Part shown: one piece after another, positions 1 to 10,304 of the stretch
How positions within the stretch are numbered: position 1 is the stretch's first letter
Layout of the letters: every line of letters starts with the position of its first letter
Origin: Octopus bimaculoides
Lineage: Eukaryota
DNA: 35,913 bases
Assembly: GCF_001194135.2 (NCBI RefSeq)
Contig: NC_068982.1
Coordinates: 54,336,860 to 54,372,772 of the forward strand
Reading direction: 5' to 3'
Program-made: the position numbers and the translations under genes
The notes under the pieces: model-generated
Told to the model about the DNA's origin: nothing
Seen by the model: the letters and a program-made list of their open reading frames with translations, nothing else
Databases searched by the model: none

Positions 1-354
1 AAAAGGTAGGAAAGTTCGTCTAGACAGAGGAAGAAAACGGAGAAAGATATAATGAATAAATAGATAAATAAATAGATAAATAAATAAGTAGAAACCCCCG
101 AAGGGGGAGGCGCTTCGAAAAAGGAAAGGTCACACGTGGAAAAACCCATAAAACCACGGGAGCCTGGTCAGAAAAAAATAGGAAAGGGGTATAGAGCCCT
201 TTCTCCTTTTACATTACCTTTTTTTTCTCCTGGGTAAAATTAATTAATTAATCAATGAATTAATTAATAATTAATAATTTTACCAAGTAGTTCGGTACGT
301 TAAAATAACTTTTTTAGGTAAAATTATACAAATATTGTATAATTATAAACATAA

Positions 355-483
355 TTATAGAATATTTGTATGTGTGTGTGTGTGTGTGTGCTTAGTTAGA
401 TATTGATATAGATAGATACACGCACACACACACACACACATATATATATATGTATATATACACACACATATACAAATATGCAT

Positions 484-550
<67 letters not shown>

Positions 551-901
551 TTCATGTGCACTCACACACACATGGAATGAGGAATAAATAAATGAATGAA
601 TAAATAAGAACTGAGAGAGAGAGACACACAGAAATGACCGAATGGCGGGCAAAGATATGTAAGGAAACAACACCTGCAAAGAGATGCGTGCTGGAGAAGC
701 ATGAACCGTCGAAGCCCACTACGCGGTCCTCAAGGTTGCTGATGACTCATAAGTTTACAAACACTTGCAGACACAAACATTGACACACCTATCTCAGAGT
801 ATGTGTGTGTGTCTGAGAGAGAGAGAGAAAGAGAGAAAGAGAGAGAGAGACTGTGTGTGTGTGTACGTGCGATGGGTGTGGGTGTGTATGTGTGTGTGTG
901 T
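355..901. repeat. Compound microsatellites (TG)n/(CA)n/(TA)n/(TATG)n/(GA)n
   Basis: Simple repeats read directly at about 367-391, 418-551 and 800-901. Confidence 0.95.
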
Positions 902-1788
902 NNNNNNNNNNNNNNNNNNNNNNNNNNNNNNNNNNNNNNNNNNNNNNNNNNNNNNNNNNNNNNNNNNNNNNNNNNNNNNNNNNNNNNNNNNNNNNNNNNN
1001 NNNNNNNNNNNNNNNNNNNNNNNNNNNNNNNNNNNNNNNNNNNNNNNNNNNNNNNNNNNNNNNNNNNNNNNNNNNNNNNNNNNNNNNNNNNNNNNNNNNN
1101 NNNNNNNNNNNNNNNNNNNNNNNNNNNNNNNNNNNNNNNNNNNNNNNNNNNNNNNNNNNNNNNNNNNNNNNNNNNNNNNNNNNNNNNNNNNNNNNNNNNN
1201 NNNNNNNNNNNNNNNNNNNNNNNNNNNNNNNNNNNNNNNNNNNNNNNNNNNNNNNNNNNNNNNNNNNNNNNNNNNNNNNNNNNNNNNNNNNNNNNNNNNN
1301 NNNNNNNNNNNNNNNNNNNNNNNNNNNNNNNNNNNNNNNNNNNNNNNNNNNNNNNNNNNNNNNNNNNNNNNNNNNNNNNNNNNNNNNNNNNNNNNNNNNN
1401 NNNNNNNNNNNNNNNNNNNNNNNNNNNNNNNNNNNNNNNNNNNNNNNNNNNNNNNNNNNNNNNNNNNNNNNNNNNNNNNNNNNNNNNNNNNNNNNNNNNN
1501 NNNNNNNNNNNNNNNNNNNNNNNNNNNNNNNNNNNNNNNNNNNNNNNNNNNNNNNNNNNNNNNNNNNNNNNNNNNNNNNNNNNNNNNNNNNNNNNNNNNN
1601 NNNNNNNNNNNNNNNNNNNNNNNNNNNNNNNNNNNNNNNNNNNNNNNNNNNNNNNNNNNNNNNNNNNNNNNNNNNNNNNNNNNNNNNNNNNNNNNNNNNN
1701 NNNNNNNNNNNNNNNNNNNNNNNNNNNNNNNNNNNNNNNNNNNNNNNNNNNNNNNNNNNNNNNNNNNNNNNNNNNNNNNNNNNNNNNN
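902..1788. other. Assembly gap. Other gaps: 2331-3241, 4315-4324, 4718-4815, 15372-15417, 19963-~20805, 23646-23655, 27554-28132, 30322-30460, 33339-33510
   Basis: Runs of N, mostly flanked by microsatellites. Confidence 1.
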
Positions 1789-1822
<34 letters not shown>

Positions 1823-2016
1823 TAAGACATTCAATACTTCATTTCAGTTTACTATTTATTCCATATTCTATATCCCACATTAATTTTATAAGAATATAAA
1901 TAAAACATAAAAAACAGAGTTGGAATTCTTTTGAGTAATATATTCCTCTATACACTATCATACAAACCCTATTTTTTACTTTTTTATTTTTTAATTCTTA
2001 TTTTATATATATACAC

Positions 2017-2047
<31 letters not shown>

Positions 2048-2264
2048 CATACACTCACACTCACACACATATATATATATATATATATACTAACGCCCAT
2101 TTTCTCCCTGTTCGGGATCTATATACCCTAATATTAAGCTATTTTCTATAGTCAATATACTGTGTGAAGTCATAATTATATTTACAAAATGTTCACTCTT
2201 CACTGCTTCTTAATTTAAGCAAAATACGCACGTTTATTATTCACATCCAGCTACGATATCATAG

Positions 2265-2330
<66 letters not shown>

Positions 2331-3342
2331 NNNNNNNNNNNNNNNNNNNNNNNNNNNNNNNNNNNNNNNNNNNNNNNNNNNNNNNNNNNNNNNNNNNNNN
2401 NNNNNNNNNNNNNNNNNNNNNNNNNNNNNNNNNNNNNNNNNNNNNNNNNNNNNNNNNNNNNNNNNNNNNNNNNNNNNNNNNNNNNNNNNNNNNNNNNNNN
2501 NNNNNNNNNNNNNNNNNNNNNNNNNNNNNNNNNNNNNNNNNNNNNNNNNNNNNNNNNNNNNNNNNNNNNNNNNNNNNNNNNNNNNNNNNNNNNNNNNNNN
2601 NNNNNNNNNNNNNNNNNNNNNNNNNNNNNNNNNNNNNNNNNNNNNNNNNNNNNNNNNNNNNNNNNNNNNNNNNNNNNNNNNNNNNNNNNNNNNNNNNNNN
2701 NNNNNNNNNNNNNNNNNNNNNNNNNNNNNNNNNNNNNNNNNNNNNNNNNNNNNNNNNNNNNNNNNNNNNNNNNNNNNNNNNNNNNNNNNNNNNNNNNNNN
2801 NNNNNNNNNNNNNNNNNNNNNNNNNNNNNNNNNNNNNNNNNNNNNNNNNNNNNNNNNNNNNNNNNNNNNNNNNNNNNNNNNNNNNNNNNNNNNNNNNNNN
2901 NNNNNNNNNNNNNNNNNNNNNNNNNNNNNNNNNNNNNNNNNNNNNNNNNNNNNNNNNNNNNNNNNNNNNNNNNNNNNNNNNNNNNNNNNNNNNNNNNNNN
3001 NNNNNNNNNNNNNNNNNNNNNNNNNNNNNNNNNNNNNNNNNNNNNNNNNNNNNNNNNNNNNNNNNNNNNNNNNNNNNNNNNNNNNNNNNNNNNNNNNNNN
3101 NNNNNNNNNNNNNNNNNNNNNNNNNNNNNNNNNNNNNNNNNNNNNNNNNNNNNNNNNNNNNNNNNNNNNNNNNNNNNNNNNNNNNNNNNNNNNNNNNNNN
3201 NNNNNNNNNNNNNNNNNNNNNNNNNNNNNNNNNNNNNNNNNTATATATATATATATATATATATATTTATCCCTCCATCTCTCTCTGTCACACTCTCTTT
3301 TTCTATCTATCTGTCTATCTATCTATCAATCTATATATCTTA

Positions 3343-3405
<63 letters not shown>

Positions 3406-4030
3406 ACACACACAAACATGACTAAAATACATTCACACACAGACACACAATTTATACACAGCATGCCTATAAAAAAAAAACTATACATATTCGTTACATC
3501 AATCTATAAAACTTGTACATAACTGAACGATACTATTCAACATTAAAACTGTAGGGCCCACTTTAAAACCACCCTCTACGATATCAAAGCCATGTGCTTT
3601 TCACACAGCATGTATTATTTTTTCCCGCTTAATTTTCAAATACAAGCCATGCTGTTTTACACCATCCCTTATCACCACAACGACGACGACCACCACCACC
3701 ACCACCACCACCACTACTACTATTACTTTGCTAGACTAGTTCAACCACTGCATGCTTAGACTGCCGCTACCTCTGTCACTATTCATTTCCTCCCTTCTTC
3801 CTTCCTCGTCTTGTGGGTTTTTTTACTACTGCTACTACTCTGCTGATTTTTTTTTTTCTCAAGGTTGGCGGGAAAAGGAAAGGATATAGTTTCTAATGAG
3901 GTCACTGGCTATGACATATGAAGGAATGTGACGAGTATTTCCTAAAGTTAGATCATTGGACAGTTCCAATACAGGATATAGGGACATGTGACTTACAACA
4001 AATATGGTTCCTCAATTTATCATTCTCATT

Positions 4031-4086
<56 letters not shown>

Positions 4087-4264
4087 CATTAAGTTTTAGT
4101 CATCTACCACTTTTCGTGTGTGTGTGTTGACTTAACTATAGAAATACATCTATTTACTTACTTAACAATATAAATATCTATGTAACTACCAATCTATTGA
4201 TATAAATCTTTCTAGTTTCCTATCTTCCTAAGCATTTTTCACCTCAACCTCTCTCTCTTTCTCC

Positions 4265-4314
<50 letters not shown>

Positions 4315-4324
4315 NNNNNNNNNN

Positions 4325-4377
<53 letters not shown>

Positions 4378-4552
4378 TTATCTATCTATTTATCTATCTA
4401 CCTATCTCCCCTTTCTTTTCTTTATGTGTGTGTGCGTGCGCGCGCGCGTATATGTGTTTGTGTGTATGTGTGTGTGTGTGTGCACGTTTATGTGTGTGTG
4501 CGTGTTTGTGTGTGTGTGTGTTTGCGTGTGTATGTGTGTGTGTGTGTGTGTG
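1789..4552. repeat. Microsatellite-rich tract: (TA)n, (CA)n, (CT)n, (TCTA)n, (ACC)n/(ACT)n, (TTA)n, (TG)n
   Basis: Read directly, e.g. (CT)n 2267-2330, (TCTA)n about 3300-3403, (TTA)n about 4034-4086, (TG)n about 4423-4552. Confidence 0.95.
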
Positions 4553-4826
4553 TGGAGAAGCCTCTTACTCTTTTATTTGTTTCAGTCATTTGACTGCGGC
4601 CATGCTGGAGCACCGCCTTTAGTCGAGAAAATCGACCCCAGGGTTTATTCTTTGTTAGCCTAGTACTTATTCTATCGGCTCTTTTGCCGAACCGCTAAGT
4701 TACGGGGACGTAAACACNNNNNNNNNNNNNNNNNNNNNNNNNNNNNNNNNNNNNNNNNNNNNNNNNNNNNNNNNNNNNNNNNNNNNNNNNNNNNNNNNNN
4801 NNNNNNNNNNNNNNNATATATATATA

Positions 4827-5020
4827 TGGGAGAATATACGAAAAAACAACAACAGACGAGGACAGGTGGTGTAAATAACAAAAGGATGTATTAGTATGAC
4901 GCTCGGGAATACGGAAAGTCTTTGACGTTTCGAGCTACGCTCTTCAACAGAAAGAATACGGAGACAAGGAGAAAAACACGGAGAAAAAAAATTGAATAGT
5001 GTCCAGTCAACGGTCAATCA
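4827..5020 (-). mobile_element. Penelope-like pseudo-LTR-type non-coding element, copy 1
   Basis: Closely similar to 28817-29068, with the same terminus (TTCTCCCA followed by (TA)n) and a hammerhead-like motif. The PLE assignment is inferred from the ribozyme architecture. Confidence 0.65.
4919..4955 (-). ncRNA. Minimal type I hammerhead ribozyme variant (dimer type)
   Basis: Minus-strand RNA reads UCUUU-CUGUUGA-A-GAGC(GUA)GCUC-GAA-AC|GU-C-AAAGA: 5-bp stem I, 4-bp stem II, loopless palindromic ACGU stem III, GUC cleavage triplet. Confidence 0.7.
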
Positions 5021-5199
5021 TAATAATACATACATATATACGACGGGCTTCTTTCAGTTTCCGCCTACCAAATCCACTCACAAGGCTTTGGTCGGCCCGA
5101 GGCTGTAGTAGAAGACACTTGCCCAAGGTACCACGCAGTGAGAATGAACCCGGAACCATTACCACTCCTGCGCCTATATATATGTTTGTATACATATAG

Positions 5200-5560
5200 G
5201 CTCAGCATACCTGTGTGGTTAAGAGGCTTGCTTTGTAACCACATGATTTGGGGTTCAGTCCCACTGTGTGGTAATATGCGCAATAACCTGAGCAATACTT
5301 TGCAAGTGAATTTTGATAGACGGAAATTATGTGGAAGCCCGTCGTATATGTGTCTTCATGTCTGTGTATAGACATACTCCACTTGATTACCGGCGTTGGT
5401 TTGTTTACGTAACTAGTGGTTTCGGTAAAAGTGACTCATAGAATTCTTATTCCAGACTTAAAAAAAGTAAACACTGGCATTGTTTTATTCGAATCAACCT
5501 TTCCAAATGCAGCCCCAGCATGACCGAAGCCCAATGGCAGAAGCAAATAATGGATAAAAA
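5200..5560 (+). mobile_element. SINE family B, diverged
   Basis: Matches the family-B head (GGGTTCAGTCCCACTG) and 3' body (CAGCATGACCG...). Confidence 0.8.
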
Positions 5561-5579
5561 ATATAGATGCATACGTATC

Positions 5580-5960
5580 TTTACTTCCCAAGCCATATGG
5601 TTCCGAGTTTAGTCCCACTGCGTAGCACCTTCGGCTGGTGTCTTCCATTATAACCCCGGGTCGACCAAAGACTTATGAGTGATTTTGGTAGATGAAAACT
5701 GGGAGAAGCCCGTTACATATACATATACACCCATATATATGTGTGTGTGTATGTGTGTAAGGAGGTACGTATGTGTGTGTGGAGGGTTTTTGTGTGTGTG
5801 GTTGTCCCTCAGCAACGCTTGACGAACGGTGTTGCTTTCTTTACTTCCATGTAAATTAGTGGTTCCACAAAACAAGGCCTAAAACTTAAGGACTGGGGTC
5901 AATTTGTTCAAGTAAACCTCTCAAGGTGGCGTCATAGCATGGCCGCAGTCAAATTACTGA

Positions 5961-5963
<3 letters not shown>
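5580..5963 (+). mobile_element. SINE family B
   Basis: Head, internal (TG)n and the tail AGCATGGCCGCAGTCAAATTACTGAAAC are present. Confidence 0.85.
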
Positions 5964-6003
<40 letters not shown>

Positions 6004-6006
<3 letters not shown>

Positions 6007-7115
6007 TGGGTGCGATGGATACATTGACACCATTTTATATCTTAAATTTCGCGCATGCGCATTGCTTGTTTTTGATTCTGTCAACTACACAGTGTAGTAG
6101 GGTCAGTTAAGCACCGTCTGAGAGAAGAACAGCACCATGACGCAATTCACTCTGCCAGAAATTTGGAAACGACACGCTGTACTACTTGGGATTCGCACCG
6201 AGAGCTTCAATACGAACATTTCAGAGTGTTTGGATGTCAATCTGAGGACAGTGCAGAGGATTCGAAAAGAGTTGAATGAGTCTAATGGTGATTACGAAAG
6301 TACGGCAGCTTGGAAAACTCATTCTGATCGTTCTGATAAGAAAAGAACTGAATTTGTTAGTGAAATCCAGCCCATGATTGACAACAATCCCTTCAAGTCA
6401 ATCAGATCCATCGCGAGAGACATCAGAGTGTCTGGGTTTCTTATCAGACAGGTAGTGCATGAAGACATTTGGTATTCCTCATACAAGATGAAAAAGGGCC
6501 AATTTTTATCCCAAACTATCAAGGATAAAAGGAAAAGCCGCGCCACGAAGCTTTTGAACAAACTCAAGTGTCTCCTCCAACCGAATATGCTTTGGTTTTT
6601 CTCAGACGAGAAAAATTTCTGTCAGAATCAGATGGTGAACACACAGTCAACATCATGGTGTTTGGAATGATCACTAGTGATGGTGATGTTATGCCTCCAT
6701 TCATCTTCCCACATGGCCTCAGACTCAACACGGAGGCCTACATCAAGTGCCTGGAGGAAGTAGTGCTGCTCTGTGTCAAGAGGGTGGCTACTGGAAGAAC
6801 CTATGTCTGGCAACAGGACTCTGCACCAGGCCAGACAAACAGGAGAACCCAGTCATGGCTGTCAGACAATTTCTACGACCATATCACCCCTAGCATCTGG
6901 CCACCTAACTCCTCAGACTGCAACTCCCTTGCTTATTATGTTTGGGGTGCAGTTGAGCGAGAGATCAACAGAACTCCTTGTAACACCAAAGATGAACTGA
7001 AGGCAATGTTTACGGCAGCATTCACCAACTGAAACAAGGAGTCCTTCCAGAAAAGTTTTGCAGGAGATTCCGAAGTCGTCTGGAGCCCGTGGTTGAAGTC
7101 GATGCCGATTCTATT
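6004..7115 (+). mobile_element. Tc1/mariner maT (DD37D) transposon, copy 1, 3' end lost
   Basis: The 5' end (CAGTGGGTGCGATGG...) is shared with the copy at 35346. No right TIR is seen. Confidence 0.9.
6137..7115 (+). pseudogene. maT DD37D transposase pseudogene
   Basis: Motifs WFFSDEKNF, IMVFGMITSDG, VWQQDSAP and WPPNSSDCNSLAYYVWG, with 37 residues between the second and third catalytic positions. There is a frameshift near 6645, the third D is changed to A (6931-6933), and a stop occurs at 7030-7032. Confidence 0.9.
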
Positions 7116-9276
7116 TTGCATAAGTAGTGGTTCAAAACGAAGAACACTAAAATAATGTTCGCGCACGCGTGTTTGACCCACCGTTTCCCAACTGTAACTT
7201 AGCGGTTCAACCCAAGAGTATGGGAGAATACTACGAAATATTGCTTGTCTAAAGCAAGATAGTTTCTTGGAAGACCCTTCTCCTGAAAGACAGATGAACA
7301 AATGAAAGTTGAATTATATGTCTTTCTCTATGACTTACCCATATATCTGCAACACATTTAAACTTAGAAATGATGAGTTAGTTGTCTTACAACTTTAGTC
7401 TACTGGCCATTTCGCCTCACTTTACGCATTCATTTCTAAATGATAAATGCACGCTTCTATATGTTTTTAACGGCGTCAAAGGTAGCACATATATTTTCAT
7501 ACATTTTCATATATTTTCATAAATTTTCATACATTATGAGTGCTAACTGACGAAACTTTGGCAGCTAATTTATGAAGCGCAATTTTCTAATTGTGCTTTT
7601 CTTTTTCTTTGTGTGATAATTATTAGTTCCTTATAAGTTCCATGCTTATTCATGTTGTTTATTATGCCTTCTCCTACCACTCTCAATGACAATAACAGCA
7701 ACAACGACTACACACGGTCACAACGAACAACAAGAATCCAGTCTAAGCAACCAACAACACTAATATATCTATTAACGGAACTATCAATATCACGAAACAA
7801 CGAGAATCGTCTACGTGGGAGTAAAAGACGGGGTGTCATGGCTGGTCAGATTTCATTGCTGGTCATCTCAACCAGGGCTACTCATTATACTAGATCACAA
7901 TTGACGATACTAATCTCCAATAGTGACAGCCATGGTGACAACAACAACACTATGTAGATAATATAGTAAGTTGTAAATCCATCAAATGACTTCGTATTGA
8001 GATCATAACTAATTCATTGAAGCTGTTAAGAAGAGAATAAGGGTAACTCAATTTCATTGCACTCACTTAATAAATATGAGGTTTCTGCTATTATAAGAAA
8101 TTAGCGTTTATATAACAGAGGCAATGAAGGATTGGCAATTATATATTGCTCTCTTTGAATTTGCCTTCCACCAAAATTGGGTTAATGAAAATTAAAAAAA
8201 ATTGTAATATTCAACAGATATATGTCGTACTTCATCTGAAATATATTAAGATTCTTTGAGTCGTCCAGTCACCTATTCATATCTCTGAAATATTAATCTT
8301 ATACTTTCTCCTAACCCATTAACATTTATATCAGTGGTAGAGATTGCTATACAACTAGAGTTTCAGTCAGTGGTTTCCAATGACTGTTTTTTTTAATCAT
8401 TTTACTTCACGTATTTACGCATTTAATTCAGATTATGTCATGCTGATGGCTTCTAAAAAGAATGAAATAGAGCTAGAAATTTTAAGAACTTCGTAATAAG
8501 TAAGCCAAAAAACACTAAATATCTATATTTTTATGCATCTTCTTAATTTCAAATTCAAACTTCTGGTCTCACCAAATATTATGAAAGAATCATTATTTCC
8601 CTTGTATTAATTGTCCACTTGGGGACTCCAGATGTTTACCTCTAAGGGATTTTTTCTTTTTTTAGATAAAACCTTCATTGTGTTTTACCATATTTTTTAC
8701 CCAGAATATAGAAATTCGGTGCGAAACAGAGATACGCATTTCAGAGATATATTGTAACTATCAAAGCAAAGCGTTTTGAAAGTTAGTATTTTCCCTCATA
8801 GTAGCGATATACTACAGAGATTACAAACTGTTATCTATTATGAAATCTGTTCTCAAACTCGACGTCTTTTTCCATACTGAATGCGAATGTTTACCACTGG
8901 GAAACCAACGTGTTGTTATGTAATAAAACAACAAATAAATAAACAAGTAAGCAATTATTTATTCATCTCGGGTCATTTTCATTTAATGTTGCAAAGCATA
9001 TTTGTCAAAGCCAATTTTGTTGTGTAAATCTAGAATGTCGAAAATAATGGTTGACAAGTGTCAAAACTATTGTCTAAAAATAGTTTAAGAGAAAAAAAAA
9101 TCTTAAGGCGTACCAATCAATAGGAGTAATAATAGAACTTGGCTTTAAGAGAGTAAATTAACAGGTGAAATTCATTGTTATTCAGAGAGGATCGATGTCA
9201 AGAATGTCAGGTGGGATACAAGAAGCTGGTTCCAAACCTGTATCTAATGTCAATACCTACGAAGTCACATTAATAC

Positions 9277-9474
9277 ATATATATATATACACACATACAT
9301 ACACACAAACACGCTCACGCCCACCCACAGACACACACACACACACACAAACACACATATACACAAACACACAAAAACACACATATACACAAACACACAC
9401 ATATATGCAGAGACAGGTGGAAAGGATAGAGAATTAGAAAGCTAGATTAGACAGGCATTTACATTTACTCTCTC

Positions 9475-9551
<77 letters not shown>

Positions 9552-9710
9552 TATATATATATATATATATACATGCATACATACCTATATACATGCATAC
9601 ATACATACGCATTAATTTACATAATGCGCATGTAGATTTAGATACATATATATTTATGTATGTATATCACACACACACACAGACACGCACGTACACGCAC
9701 ATACATATAT
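9277..9710. repeat. Compound (CA)n/(TA)n/(TG)n/(TACA)n microsatellites
   Basis: Read directly. Confidence 0.95.
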
Positions 9711-10304
9711 GCAACGAAACATCCATAAACTAGAATCTTTAAAATAAATATTATCCCATTGAGAATTAGAATTTCTGCGAAGGCCAATCTTGCGACAACA
9801 ATGTATAAGTATAATATCAACAGCAAAACCAAGAACTCCTCTAACAAGTTCAACCCTACGTGCACGAAGGACAACTTAGAACAACTAGAATGCAAGATAT
9901 ATAAGGATTTACCGTCAAGAAGCACATCAATCATATACTGCCGTCATCAACTGTCGAACGGATATCGTTATGGTTTCGACACCTTGGCAGGCCCATTTCG
10001 GTGGCGTCAACAACCTTAAAAGCATAAACGCCGAAGGAAAAACAAAGCATTGGACCAATATATTCATCATTGTTTTCATCTACCCGATATAGGAGTTCAG
10101 AATTTTAATAATATAATATAAAGAAAATGGAGTGTGAACATAGAAATCAATTTATTTATATAACGTTTCAACTTCCCATCTTCATTCATATTTCACGATT
10201 AAAATTGAGAAGTTGGAACGTGCGTGGTCGACATGAGATTGACTGTTATATAAATAAATTGATTTCTGTGTTCGCACTCTCCATTTTCTTTATATTATAT
10301 TATA

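Larger units (their letters stand above)
4568..5170 (-). mobile_element. tRNA-type SINE, family B (head, internal microsatellite, 3' body), interrupted by the ribozyme element
   Basis: Head at about 5036-5170 and body at 4568-4717 match the window's other family-B copies (5200, 5580, 21565, 24115, 31475, 34872). Continuity across the 4718-4815 gap is assumed. Confidence 0.85.

Noticed and set aside
355-679. CVCV/HTHT/YIYI ORFs here and throughout the window
   Set aside because: They are translations of dinucleotide repeats.
620-760. GC-richer island with CTGATGA at 739-745 as a hammerhead, snoRNA or exon
   Set aside because: There is no stem II followed by GAAA, no paired box D with a terminal stem, and no recognisable peptide in any frame.
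730-3291. Long ORFs of 320-370 aa, and similar ones at 19854, 27484, 27545, 30252 and 33258
   Set aside because: They read through N gaps and microsatellites and are artefacts.
8364-8386. hAT-like TIR CAGTGGTTTCCAA within a CAGTCA/TGACTG hairpin
   Set aside because: No partner TIR or TSD was found.
9638-10019. Overlapping 86-aa and 98-aa ORFs
   Set aside because: There is no family motif, and the candidate splice sites give stops in all frames.
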